From the NCBI GenBank assembly GCA_964247055.1, contig OZ176055.1, forward strand, positions 4,278,001-4,342,000: DNA of 64,000 nucleotides, written 5' to 3'. The position numbers and the translations under genes were made by a program. The notes below the pieces were generated by a model. It searched no databases. It was not told the origin of the DNA and was given only the letters and a program-made list of their open reading frames with translations. Below are positions 25,501-37,800 of the stretch, piece after piece. This stretch comes from Paragordius varius. Its lineage: Eukaryota; Animalia; Nematomorpha. Within the stretch, counting starts at the first letter, position 1, and every line of letters begins with the position of its first letter.

Positions 25501-28500
25501 ATTTATCAATTAGGCTATTGTTGTTTATCTATATAACCAATATCATTAAAAAAATTATATAACATAAAGACAATTTTTATTTGAGTTTGGTACCATTGAA
25601 ATAAGGCGATAAATATGTGTTCCTGAAAGAGTTTTGGTTTGTTATTTTAAATTATATAAACATCACCGACACGGTAATGAATGCAATATCCGGTCAAACC
25701 CACACTAAATATACAGGTTCTCATATTTTTAGGATTATTATTGCTATAATTTGAATGACTTCCTTTGTTTTTGTAGAAAACATGTCTGTACAAACTCTCA
25801 CCAAAACATATACTTCAACTGGCAACCAAGAAATTAAAGAATGCCCGAAATTGCCAGCTAGAACAGAAGTACCCGTTTTACAAAACTTACCATTTGAGTG
25901 TTTACTCAAAATAGTTACTTGTTTATCAGACCACACTGATTTACTTTCTTTAATGCAATGTTCTCCTGTTAAAAATAATGAGCCGAAAACAGAAAGGAAT
26001 GCGAATAGTGTTTGTAGAAGAGAATCATCATTAAACATTCTTCAAATCGTTTACGGTCAAAATTCGATTCAAGAAAAATCTAATGATTGCAATCAAAGCG
26101 CTGGTAAAAACATGTGGTTTTATTTCGGAATTTTTATAAAATATTTTTTATACATGTAACTTTTTAATTCTGCATCAAAATAGGACGCTGTGTTTACCTT
26201 TTAATTCTATTATAGATGATATATTTATGGGTTAATGAATTTTAAATTCGTTTAAACTCATTTAAATAATGCCCGCTCCTTATTAGTATTTTTAAATAAA
26301 CAGCTCTATTAAATTAATTAGCTTATGATAATCAAGCACTAATTTTTCATTACATTCTTGTTTTCAAGATATACCCGTTAAAAAGTTACGTTCATGGCTA
26401 TTTTTAACTAATACTTGCTTGATACTTGAATGCTTTTTATTTTAATTGAAGATTGCTACAAAGCATCTTATTCCATAGATCCTTGTCTAGGCATTTGGTG
26501 ATGTCGATATTAAATATATTTGTCAAATTTTATATTTTTGTTCCTGTGTCGTACCTCTTTTGCGGTTGTTTCCAGAACGTTGTTTAATGGTATAGACAAA
26601 AATGATACAATAGAAAATTATACAAAAAAGCGGATTTAAATATTTGGGAGATATTGAACGCCCACTCTACATCATCAATCATATACAACCATTGGAAAAC
26701 AACCGCAAAGGACGTCCGACACATTACTAAAACGACTATATAAATATGACATTAATATATTAAACCTCGATATCACCAAATGTCTAGACGAGAATCTATG
26801 GAATATGCTTACACAACACTGGACAACAAATTTTTCTGCCATTCGAGTTTTTTGAATTTTCTGATATTTAGTATCATTTTAACAGAAAATCTGAAATAAA
26901 AATTATAACTCTTTGGAAGAATTTTGTATAATTTGATTTTTTTGATTATGCGCCCTCTTTATCAAAATTTTACTAAAAATATTTTTCTTTCAAAATATAC
27001 AAGTAATGCCCATTTGTAATATATCATTCGAAAGAGTAACAAAAACTCTATAAAATGCATACTAATATGTATTACATTGATAGTTAATATTGGACACAAA
27101 GAGCGACAAACGCGCGAAGCGAGAGCATTTTTTTTGAATTATTATATTTTTAAAACTAATGGATGAAAATAGCTCAAACTTTGTTTAGATGGTGATGAAT
27201 GTCCAAAAAAGATAACACAAGAAAGTTTTTTTGATTAAAACATTTTTTTATTGCTTTTATGTCACTCAAAACAGCCATTTTTAGGTTTTTTTGTTTTTTA
27301 AAAACTACCATCATATCAATATTAATTTATTTTCTTTATAATGCTGATAATCTCGAAATTTTAAAGATAAAAACAAAGTTTAAGGTATTTTTGCTCTTTT
27401 ATAGCCATTATGGAATAAATTTACAGTTATAACTATGCATTTTAGCATCCACTAGGTAAAAAATTTATGATAATAATAATTTTTATTAAAAAAGCAAGCC
27501 AAAAGCTTTTTCAAACATTTTTTTTAAATTAAATACTAATATAACCCTAATATATTAAAATAATTTATATGAATTTCAAATTAGTTTGTCTGTGAAAATT
27601 CTTGACTTATTTAAGGATTGAAAATTTCGACCATTTAAATCCAAATAACTTTTACATCCGATTGATTTAAATGACTTACTACCATTTAAAAGATGCAGTT
27701 TTTTGCGCTCTTTCGAATGATATAAAATACTTGGCTTCATATCTAAAACTTTTAATTTTCGAAATTTCGAGTTTAATGTTAAATCGGGGCCAAAAATTAT
27801 CGATAAACTCTAATATAAAAAAATTCTTCCATGCTAAACAAATTTTCTTTACAGATATACCAATTATGTACTTTAATGAAATAAATTTTATTACAAGAAT
27901 GGCAGTTAAAAAAAGTTAAAATTTGTTGTCTAGTGCAATTAATCATATACTATAAGTAAATATCCTGTTTGTTCGTTTAGAATTTTTAGGGTATAATTAA
28001 TCATTATATTAATAAACGAATTTTAATTAAATTTTTAACAAATTTCCCATATTTCTCCAATTGTGCTTACTCCTTTTTATAAAATATTCGATTGAAAAAG
28101 TATCAAATTTTAGATAATAATAACGTTCTTCCACCTTCTAATGACATCATTGCTACTTCTCTGTCTTTGTGTGCCGGGCAAAGTATGGTTTGGGAACGCT
28201 TGTGTAAATATCATTTTACTCCAATGCAAATTGAAATGAGACTTAAAAAGCAACGAGAACAATCACAAAAACATTTCGAAAAACAAAAAATTGAGAACAT
28301 AAACTCCAGACAATTAAACCGACCAGAGATTATACAATGTATACAGGGTGATGTTACCCAAATATCACCGATAGATTGGCAAAAATTATTTTTTTCTCTA
28401 AAAAGGTTAATGACTATTAAATATTACAGCTTTTTATAATTATATATAATATTAATTAATTAAAATGGCAATGTCAATAAAATTATTGTCTAAACGATTG

Positions 28501-28730
28501 CGCTATATATACAATGTAATTTAATTATTATTTGTTTTAGATACTATGGTGTTAAAGAAAATTACGCCGATATGCTTTACTTTTGTTTGGAATGCAAATG
28601 CATATATTGGAAATGTATTGGACATTCGTGTTTAGTTCCAAGTAAAATAAACTCCGAAAATATCAATAAAAATAATGATAAGTTTGTAAAAATATATCCA
28701 CATGAGTTCATTGAAATTATATTGTATTAA
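22533..28730 (+). CDS. FBXO32: F-box protein FBXO25/FBXO32 (atrogin-1)-like; exons 22533-22902, 23641-23801, 24981-25380, 25777-26103, 28114-28405, 28541-28730 (579 aa)
   Basis: N-terminus MPFVGKDWRSPGMTWIK..GW (family hallmark), SLKEALIKLDFISAVSDLKRYSFV, LSCLSGNGQR, F-box LQNLPFECLLKIVTCLSDHTDL, WERLCKYHF, C-terminal KENYADMLYFCLECKCIYWK..GHSC...PHEFI. Frame is preserved at all junctions. The 25 vs 32 assignment is not resolvable. Confidence 0.9.
26471..26803. repeat. Inverted pair of LINE 3'-tail fragments (long imperfect hairpin) in FBXO intron 4
   Basis: 26471-26573 is the imperfect reverse complement of 26695-26803; the right arm reads NRKGRP-like, as in RTE C-terminal ends; similar tail at ~29840. 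Confidence 0.6.
26817..27935. mobile_element. Non-autonomous TIR element in FBXO intron 4
   Basis: Termini CACTGGACAACAAATTTT / AAAATTTGTTGTCTAGTG. Confidence 0.55.
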
Positions 28731-29623
28731 TTAAAGAACATTGTAATTTTATAGCATTCCTCATCAGCAATACTATTTTGCTATAATTTAAGGGACTAAT
28801 TTAAAATATGTATTTTATTTATATTATTCCAATCAATTCAAATGTTTTGTGATTTTATTCATATTCCAATTATAGAAACAAATTTTTACGTTTAATATAT
28901 ATTTTATACCTATAAATTAGTAATTTAATTCAACCTTAAAATGGTTTAAATAAATTTAAAATGTGAAAAATCCAGAAAATATTTAAATCCAAAATGTTAT
29001 ATATGGTCAAAACACTTTCGCAGTATTTCATTTAGATTTATGCAGGATTGTACAAAGGAAAGTGTGACCGGTTAAGAATGCAATCGTTATGATGATATGT
29101 TAGTACAAGATTTAAAAATGAAATAATGGTTAAGTTTAATCTAAATAATTTTTTTATCCAATGAGATTTTATTAACACCGAAAAATTTGGTTTAATTGGT
29201 TTTTAAGTTGCAAATAATATGTTTGTATTTTATAATCTTTGACTGGGCTATGAATGATTGCATTAGCTAGCTTTATAATTTTTGGCACGATAATCCTAAT
29301 CGCGATCATTAAATTAATTCCTTTTTATCCAAACTAAATTATTAATATAATTTGCAAGAAATTACGGAAAAATGCAATGAAATATATATAACTCAAAAAT
29401 ACTCAATAAAACTCGCAGCGGTTTTTTCATTTATTAAACACCAAAGAAAATTATAATTAAATGTTTACACCATTCATTAAGGATTGATGCTATCCCATAA
29501 CCATTTATATTTATAAAAATAACCTATAAAATGTCAATAAATATTGGTATTTGCAATTGTGGAATCACATATGATGGTTTTATACAATATATACATGTTA
29601 AAGGACCAAACGGTCATGGGTAA

Positions 29624-32206
29624 TTATTTGAATAGAAAACTGTAGGGATAATTTCCATATTTGTAACGGAAAATTGATAACAATTGGCTATAGAAAAGAG
29701 TAAGGAGTAGTAATCCAATCACCAACACGCCTAAAAATAAATAATTGGTATGGAAAATATAAATAATCACACCATGTTATAATATTAAAAGAGATATTCA
29801 ATTATTTCTTTATAATGTTTTTTAATTTTATAAATATGACGGTCTGGAAACAACTCCAAAGGACGGCCGAAACGTTCCTGGAACGACGATATAAAATATT
29901 ATACCTAGGCATTAACAAACGGATCTATAAAAAAAATTTAGTGGAAACCTTCAAAAATGATGATAAAAAATTTTCAAGCATCAAGTTAAACTATCCGAGT
30001 AAAAGATAAAGCTCACATTTTTGTAAAATTTAAAAATATAAAAACCTCAAATAAGTTAATATTGTCAACGAGAACGAATATTTTATGTTAAAATATTAAT
30101 TTGAATTCTCGTAAAATTTATTAAATTAAACTATATCCATCGGAGTATCTTTTTCAATGGATTAACTAAAACAAAAGAAAATAATAATAAGATATAAAAC
30201 AAAATTTAAAAAAATACCCATGTATCGAAGATTTTGGATATAGTTTAATTTAAAAAATTTTACGAGAATTTAAATATATAAAAACTTCAAAAAAGTTATT
30301 TTACTTGTATCAACAATATTCCAATTTTTAGCTATTTAAGCAAGCAAACTTAAAACTACCTACCCTTTTTAACGTATGCATTGGCAAAAAAACTATTTAT
30401 AGTTTTGAGCGCGTTTGATGTTGAGCTAATAGTAGAGTTAGGGTGTTTATGATGACCACTTTTGTGAGATCCATTTTCCCCTTTTTTAGATGTGGAATCT
30501 GCACTGGGGTTTTCTTTCTCCACAAAAACTGATCTGTCAGGTCTAACAGCCACTTTTAGTAAGATAATGCCCAATGTTATAGCAACATGTAAAGCTATAA
30601 TAATGTAACTTTCAGCAACAAATTGTGAACTACCACCGGGCGCAATGTACATCTAGCGTTATTGCAGTAAAAGTTTAAATTATACGAAAAGAACGTAAAA
30701 ATATAAAGACATATATTTTTAAAAAAAGACCGCTGGCCTTTTAAAAACTTGTTTTTTAAATACAAAACATTGTTTTAAATTGCAAGGTGTAAAATAATGT
30801 ATATTCACAATTAATTCTGAAATAATATTTTATAGAAAGTAAGGTTTCAAAAAGTGTTATTTTGGCTAAAAAATATGTTATTTTCTTTCTTTCAATTACC
30901 ATAATATATACGTTAAAAAAGATTCCCATATAATAAAATGTGAAGATTGTAAAATTCTCCTGTTTTCAGGAGCCAATAAATTAAGTACGTGATTTAAACT
31001 TTATCATTCCCAAAGTATTTTCATAAATTTTAACTATTAAAACGGTCCAAAAACAAATAAGTAAATGCCTTACGCGTGAAAACATTATTAAATGTTTATA
31101 ATGCTAAAGATCTGAGTTATACAATATCATAAAAAACTCCCTAAAAAGTTTGAAATTAAGATCGTATTCCTTTTTTACATATGTCAAATTTTGATTAATA
31201 AAAATCGAATTTGCTTACAGGTTTCTTAGTTTGATGATTCATATGCATAAAAGGTGGTTTTCGTATCCTAATCCACATATGGCCGCTCAACATTATGTAT
31301 ACAAATGCCTAACAAATACATATAATTATTAAAGTAATCATACCAAACCATTTTTTAGACAAATAACACTAAAATTTGATAATCTTTATTAAAAAATTTT
31401 TTTTCAAACAAATTACCAAAGCCAAAAGCGCAAACATGTATCTTGAGAAAAGATATTTCAAGTTTTTGCGTTGCCAAATTGCAAAAAGTAGCAATGTAAC
31501 AAAAGCTCCCAACACTTTGCTGATAAGTTTGTAATTTAATGGTCGAGATACTTTAATCTGTTTTATGTGACAAAATTAAATCCAATGTTCAATATTGTTT
31601 AAAAATTTTTTTATATATTTTATCAAACCACAAATATCTGTGATGTGAAATCAGATTTAAAGGACGACTAAAAATAACTTTCAATTATTTATCAAAAAGT
31701 TCTAAATTATACAAAAAACTGAAATTCTACGATTTTTGGGCGGAAACTTAATTTATTGTTTCATCGCAGAGTCAATCCTTTTGTTGTAGGCAAACTTTTT
31801 ATGAGATTTTATATATAAAATCGCACAAAAACCGTTTTAACACCCTTTTTATTTATATTTTACGCAATTAAATTTGAATTGTTTAATTTAATACACATTT
31901 TATACAATAGATTTAAACATTCCGCATTATTTTAAAATAATTTTAGAGAAAATTTTGGAATTTTTTAAAGAACATTTATGGAAAAAATTCAAGGCTATTT
32001 AACGGTAATTTTTCTTATATTATAAAGAAATCATTTTTGTGGGTTCAACCCGGATAAGTAAACAAAATATCATTTAAAATCATTTTTTTTAATATATTTT
32101 AGTGCGGCCCCGTGCCTTTCTGCATAAAAAGAAGTTTGAATATATTCATGATAGAATAATATCGATGCATATGCTTAATATTATAAAAAAGTTTAATGTA
32201 TGTATG

Positions 32207-32254
<48 letters not shown>

Positions 32255-33417
32255 AATTAACAAAAAAGGTTTTAATCTGCAAAAAAATCAAATCCACAGG
32301 TCCTTTTGTGTTATCAAGCATTTATTCATATAAGTATTATTTATATATTATTACAAAAGACATTAATATAACCACAGGCACAAAATATTATATGGCAGAA
32401 ACAGTGGATTAATATAGTTTTACCATTTGAATTCATTTATAAATTAAATAGCTTTATGATATAGAAGAATGAGTTTTAAAAATTACTAATATATACATTC
32501 TTTCAATCAAACTTAACATTTTACCAATCAAACATAATATTTCGAAACAAACTTACTTTGACAAACAAAATCATCACTTTTTCAAAAAAATCAACATTAT
32601 TTTATTTATTTGCGCCATTAAAAATATTTTTAAGCCTTTTAAAAGTTTAATATGGATAAAAATGTCTATAGATATTTTTTAGTTTTCCTTATTTTTAGAA
32701 TTTAATGTTATCAAGCCAAGATTGAGTGGATTTTTTATTTATCTTTTAAATCTTATAAATTTTTGATAATAAATTAGTTAATTAATAAGTATATATTTAA
32801 AGGCAATATATATATTATCCATAGAAGTAATGACCAATAATAATTAATAATTCGATTAAAATTATACTTGCGTTTGAGATTCAAAGCTCATCCATGACGC
32901 TATGGCTTCGGCCTCAAAACATCTTAAAATATAAATTAGGATATACTTTTCTACGGGTATTTCATTTTCACTTTTTTTTGGACCAAAGTGCAACAATTTT
33001 GGTACTGATTGAAAATTAAGCTAAATTTAAATAAATACTACCAAATGAAAAATTTCGGGATTTTTTTTGTAATTAGCAAGCATAATATAAACTTTGCCAT
33101 CTTTAAAAGCTGAAGAAGTTTTAAAACTGTTGGCCACAATCGAATACTCATTATATATTTTCCTTTGTTCATAAAAATTAATTTACTCGCAGATTACACA
33201 TTCTTGAGATTTTAGTATAGTAAATAACACAAAAACACTATAATCTTTTTCTGGGTTTAAAACGTATTTTTTGAATTCGTCCTCATTGGGTTCAAAAATA
33301 GCCACTTTACCTGGGTATTTATCCAAAAGCCTAGGCGATGACTAAATTTAAAAAATAATTTACCTGTTGGCTAAAATTAATAAGGAAAATACAAATGCAC
33401 AGAAGATGGTTTATCAT
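29624..33417 (-). CDS. MAGT1: Oligosaccharyltransferase subunit OST3/OST6 family (MAGT1/TUSC3-like); exons 33364-33417, 33187-33341, 33042-33162, 32868-33020, 31417-31557, 31219-31308, 30364-30652, 29624-29730 (369 aa)
   Basis: Signal peptide; thioredoxin-like CxxC (CVIC); EYSIVANSF; LNFQSVP; FEAEAIASWM; IKVSRPLNY; MLSGHMWIRIRKPPF; SQFVAESYII; LLSIFRYKYGNYPYSFL* all match the family. The frame closes only if 22-, 24- and 21-nt introns are removed. MAGT1 vs TUSC3 is not resolvable. Confidence 0.92.
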
Positions 33418-33613
33418 CTGAAACGTGTATAAAAACTGAAAATTGTTATCTGCGTGTATAATTGAATATATTTAGTAATAACCGTTGTTAAATCCGTAAG
33501 GTAATAAACAAAATTAAATAAATAATTGAAAGTTATATTTATTAACAGAAATTATAAATGATATGTGAAACCCTTCGTCAATAGCAATAGCAGACTAGTT
33601 TCGTGTTTGTTAG

Positions 33614-33623
33614 CACCAATCAG
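33614..33623. promoter_or_regulatory. CCAAT (NF-Y-like) box upstream of the OST3/6 gene, next to a (TA)n tract at 33668-33718
   Basis: caCCAATCAG ~200 bp upstream of the ATG; motif match only. Confidence 0.3.
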
Positions 33624-33666
33624 CACGACACAACTATTTGACCTGGGGTTCTTACATATCGATTTC

Positions 33667-33720
<54 letters not shown>

Positions 33721-34989
33721 AACTTTGCAAATTTGGCATAAATGCAGTCGCTGAATATAGAAAAATCATTATATTTTTATTTTGGGTGTAAATTGCAAAT
33801 ATTAGGCGCTTTTTTGACACAAAGATTATTATATGCAAAAAAGGTTTCAATTAAACCGATTAAAATATTTATTAAGGGTACATTAAATAATTTGCGAAGA
33901 TGAAAAATTTCTTATAGCTAAATTTTTTTACGCTCAGAGCAGGTGCCACAAAATTTTTATTGGTTATCTTATTTTAAAAATATTAAGACATAATTAAAAT
34001 TGGGCAAAAACTGAAAATTTGAAAATTGTTATAAAACCATTCATATTAACGATTCACTATATTTTATTTTTCTGTACATGATGACATTTTGGAGAAAAAT
34101 AACTAAATATTTTCCGAAAAAATATATATTTAGCGTTTTAGATTTGGCAATTTAAAAAACAATATATATTTAACACTTCGATTCGAATCGCGTATTTAAA
34201 TACTCCAAGATTATATTTAATTTGATATAAAAATCTACTAGAAGGCACCGAGTGGTTAATAATCAGGATTTTTCACTTGACTTGCAAGTTTCTCAAGTCA
34301 TGCTTTGTCATGTGATAAAAAAAATTGAACATTAAACGACTTAAGTCAATAAAGAAAACTTGATTCGGAGGTGACAAAAAATCATATGATTAGACAATTT
34401 AAGATTTTGCATGCGTGGTGTAGGGCACACTTGACTGATTTAAAAATGTGGAAAAATTATTTTGAAAACTATTTTATAATTTAGGTTTTATATGTAAATA
34501 GCTTTATTGCTATTTTGGCTAATCAACCTATTCAAATTAAGTGGATGAAGAATATTAATTTTTAGAAAAACTCTGCTAATATTTATGAACAACCAGAAGG
34601 GACAAATCTGAGAAAGGGGTCGGGGCATGGGGTGTGGGGGTACAACCAAAAATTTTTTATACAAATAATTTATTGAATATTTATTTATTTTTAACACAAA
34701 TACATTATAAATATAAAAAATATTTTATTCTTTGGTATAATTTTTATTTGAGTGAATGCGTTTTAGCAGATTGTCATCATTTTTTAAAATATAGTGGAAG
34801 TCTTCACAAGATCAAATTATTTTGACTGATTAAATGGATTAAAGTATCAAGGTGTATCAAGAAAAGGGTGTAGCAGACCCACGTCGCCACTGTCCACAAA
34901 AGACGTCCCTTGCTGCCCTTCCATACACCAGTCAATGGTGGTTCAGTGACAGCCGTCTAGTTGCGTCGGGGATCGGGTTGACTTCTAGG

Positions 34990-35201
34990 GATATAATGAT
35001 TAGTTTATATAAAGATATGTATGAAATAAAATGAAGATATATTTGGCATTTACAGGTAAAATAAATCCAATCGACTATATCCTATATATTTATACGATAT
35101 AATGATTAGTTTATATAAAGATATGTATGAAATAAAATGAAGATATATTTGGCATTTACAGGTAAAATAAATCCAATCGACTATATCCTATATATTTATA
35201 C
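34990..35201. repeat. Perfect direct tandem duplication, 2 x 106 bp
   Basis: 34990-35095 and 35096-35201 read identical. Confidence 0.9.
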
Positions 35202-36039
35202 TAATGTTTAATAGATCTAATATCCTTTAAGCTTAATTCAACCGAATGCATATTTTCATACTGTAATAGTATTTATCTTGTTTAATACGATTTTATAAAC
35301 CAATATTTAACTTTTGGTAGTGGTATATATTTCCGTTTTTACTCCATAGGTTTTTTTTATAAGTTGGTATTCATAAAGTATCTGATATTTAAATCAATTT
35401 TTTCTCCTTTATGATAAATCTAACATTTATAGACCAATAAATTAAATTTTCATTAATCAATTTCTTAATTAAACAGTTTTTTCCCTTTAAGTCCTATTAA
35501 AATACCGCATTCGTTATCTTTAATCTATACAGTTGTTATTTGCTTTTATAATACATTTAAAATTCCGCATATAAATCTTTTTTCTTACTAGCAAATTAAC
35601 AGTAGCAAATGGTTAAAATTTAACAAACTTTTTAATGACTATTTTTAAAAATAATAAATGTGTAAAATCTAAAGACATTTAAAATAAAGTAAAAGATAAA
35701 AATGCTTATCTCTAAGTTACGCATGGAAGTTCAAGAGGGTCTACGTTGAGATTGGTCCTAGCAGTGAGACGAAACGTAAACTTTCCCCCCGTGCCTGTGT
35801 CAATCTTTCCTCCTATGCGACGACAGCGGCACGCCCCACAGCGCTCCTATCATTATGCTAAAAAGCAAAGGCATACAAATGGGGAGCCTAAGTGAGTGCA
35901 TATAGAGTGACACCTTAGACAAAGCGGTACACATCCCGCTAAGCTACAGGCTATCCGGAAAAGATCGTTACAATCAGCGTCATGCGGTCGCCCAACCAAT
36001 ACTGGCATGAAGTACATTCCCTGGTATCTGGGATATGAT

Positions 36040-37800
36040 GCGTGTTTTTCAACATTTAAATTTAATTTTCCCGATGTTTACACCTGATTTACTGTGGAAA
36101 AAACGCGCTCAGTAGCAGCGTTCCTTCCAGGTAAAGATAGTGCAAATTCCACTTTTTTAAAATATTATTGTATGGAACATGGTTTGTTTCAAAATAAAAT
36201 ATTTTTAACCATTTCCTACTATATTTTTTTCTGTTGACCATAATTTAAGTTTTTCATTATTAATATATTACTAATGATACTTCAGAAAAAAGATAATTTT
36301 CTGAAAGATTATTTTTCGGGAAATTTTGAGAGATGCAGATGTAATCAAATGATTTTTAAACGCACAAATAAAACTCTGGTTTTACTGTTATTCAATAAAA
36401 ATGATCATATTCATTAAATTACATTGTCCAGTCTTCCAAATAATCTTTACAGTTTGTATAAAACATTTTTATATGGTACAGGATATCTTGGCAATTTATT
36501 AAACTTTGTTTTTCTAAATTATTTATAATATGGCGGATGGTTAATGGTATAAAATTATTTTCTGACCTTTCTTGACATTGGAATTTTAGGTTACTAACTT
36601 CATTGGCTACTTCAATTGCCGAAATTTTGTCACCTTCAATCAATTTAATAACATTTTGAAAGAGAGAAGCTTGATTATTTAAAAACTTTAACCATATTTT
36701 TGAAGAATCACTTTCAAAAAAACTTTTCCAAAGTTGTAGGACATTTGTCCTGTATCAAAAATAGGATTTTAATGGATCATACATTTTTAAAATTCTTTCG
36801 ATAGCTGAGAGCTAACTAAGTTTTACAATATCCAAGCAGATATTGAAGTTCTGCATTTTCACCGAATTCCTTAAGCGTCTCAACGCGTAACGTGTATAAA
36901 TAAAAATATGAATATATTATAACAACTACATTTTTTACACCTAGGGGTAACAAATCGGCATCTGTTTGAATAGCGTTGTGTATTATATGCGCGGCACACC
37001 CAACGCCAATAATTTTTTGATTAATATTATCTGCTAATTTATGAAAAATAATTTTTGTTCCCCTCCTTGCTTTACCACCGAAGTTCGTATTGTGTTGTCA
37101 GCGCAATATACTTCAATTTTGTCTTTTAAATTAATTTTTCCAAGAATATCCATTATTGAAGTAAAAATTATGTCGAAATTTTCACCGGGTAGGGAAATAG
37201 ATTCTAAAATTTTAATTTTTACTCCGGTTTTTGAATCAAATCTTATTAAAGTGGGAAATAATTTTGTTTCCTTGTGATTCGATGCATCAGGGTATAGCGA
37301 TATGAAATTAATTTTCGGAAAATCTTTTTGTATTTCAGAAAATGACTGTAGCGAAAAGACATTGCACACAATGGCTTCAGCCTTTGTACGAGCACATGTA
37401 AATTTTTTATTGAATAAGGTACAAATAACCTGTGAGGTACAATCCATAGATCTAAAGGAATGATTGTGATTAACGGCGTGAAAAGATAAAACGCCTTCGG
37501 CTAGTGCCAAATTCTTTTACTCTCCAAAAGCGGTTTTTCGATAAAAATCGCTCCTTTTGAAGATGATGCCGCCATGTCTAAACATTTTTTATATTTCTGC
37601 GTTTTCATATGCTTTGTGATATCATGCTTGCAGCCATGTTCTAGAGTAAATTCCCCCTCGCATAAAGAATATATAACAAATGATTCATTCTTCGTTTTTC
37701 TCAAACTTTTTTTCGTTATCTTTCTGAGATTTCATTTTATAGTTTACGTTTTAAGACAATCATATTGAAAAAACCTTATAGATTTTTGCCGTAATAAGCT
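36040..37800 (-). mobile_element. hAT transposase relic (BED-like N-terminus to dimerisation domain), frameshifted
   Basis: Fragments C..EFTLEHGCKHDITKHMKT, AEGVLSFHAVNHNHSFRSMDCT, DASNHKETKLFP, VYCADNT, YDPLKSYF, and C-terminal LSLPGRNAATERVFS. Ends not defined. Confidence 0.85.

Noticed and set aside
23600-26038. Minus-strand ORFs 23600-23800, 25113-25364 and 25721-26038
   Set aside because: Antisense shadows of FBXO exons 2-4.
32922-32945. Possible additional 24-nt intron (gtatatcc...ttttaag) in OST3/6 exon 4
   Set aside because: In frame and stop-free, and its translation YILIYILRCF aligns with the family's YxLxxRGF segment, so it is probably coding.
32200-33850. ORFs with IYIYIY runs (32200-32412, 33620-33850)
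   Set aside because: Artefacts of (TA)n microsatellites.
35725-36010. RNase P/MRP RNA (GGAAGTTC resembles CR-I) or a hammerhead (GACGAAAC)
   Set aside because: No complementary P4/CR-V partner and no CUGANGA core; kept only as an unidentified island.
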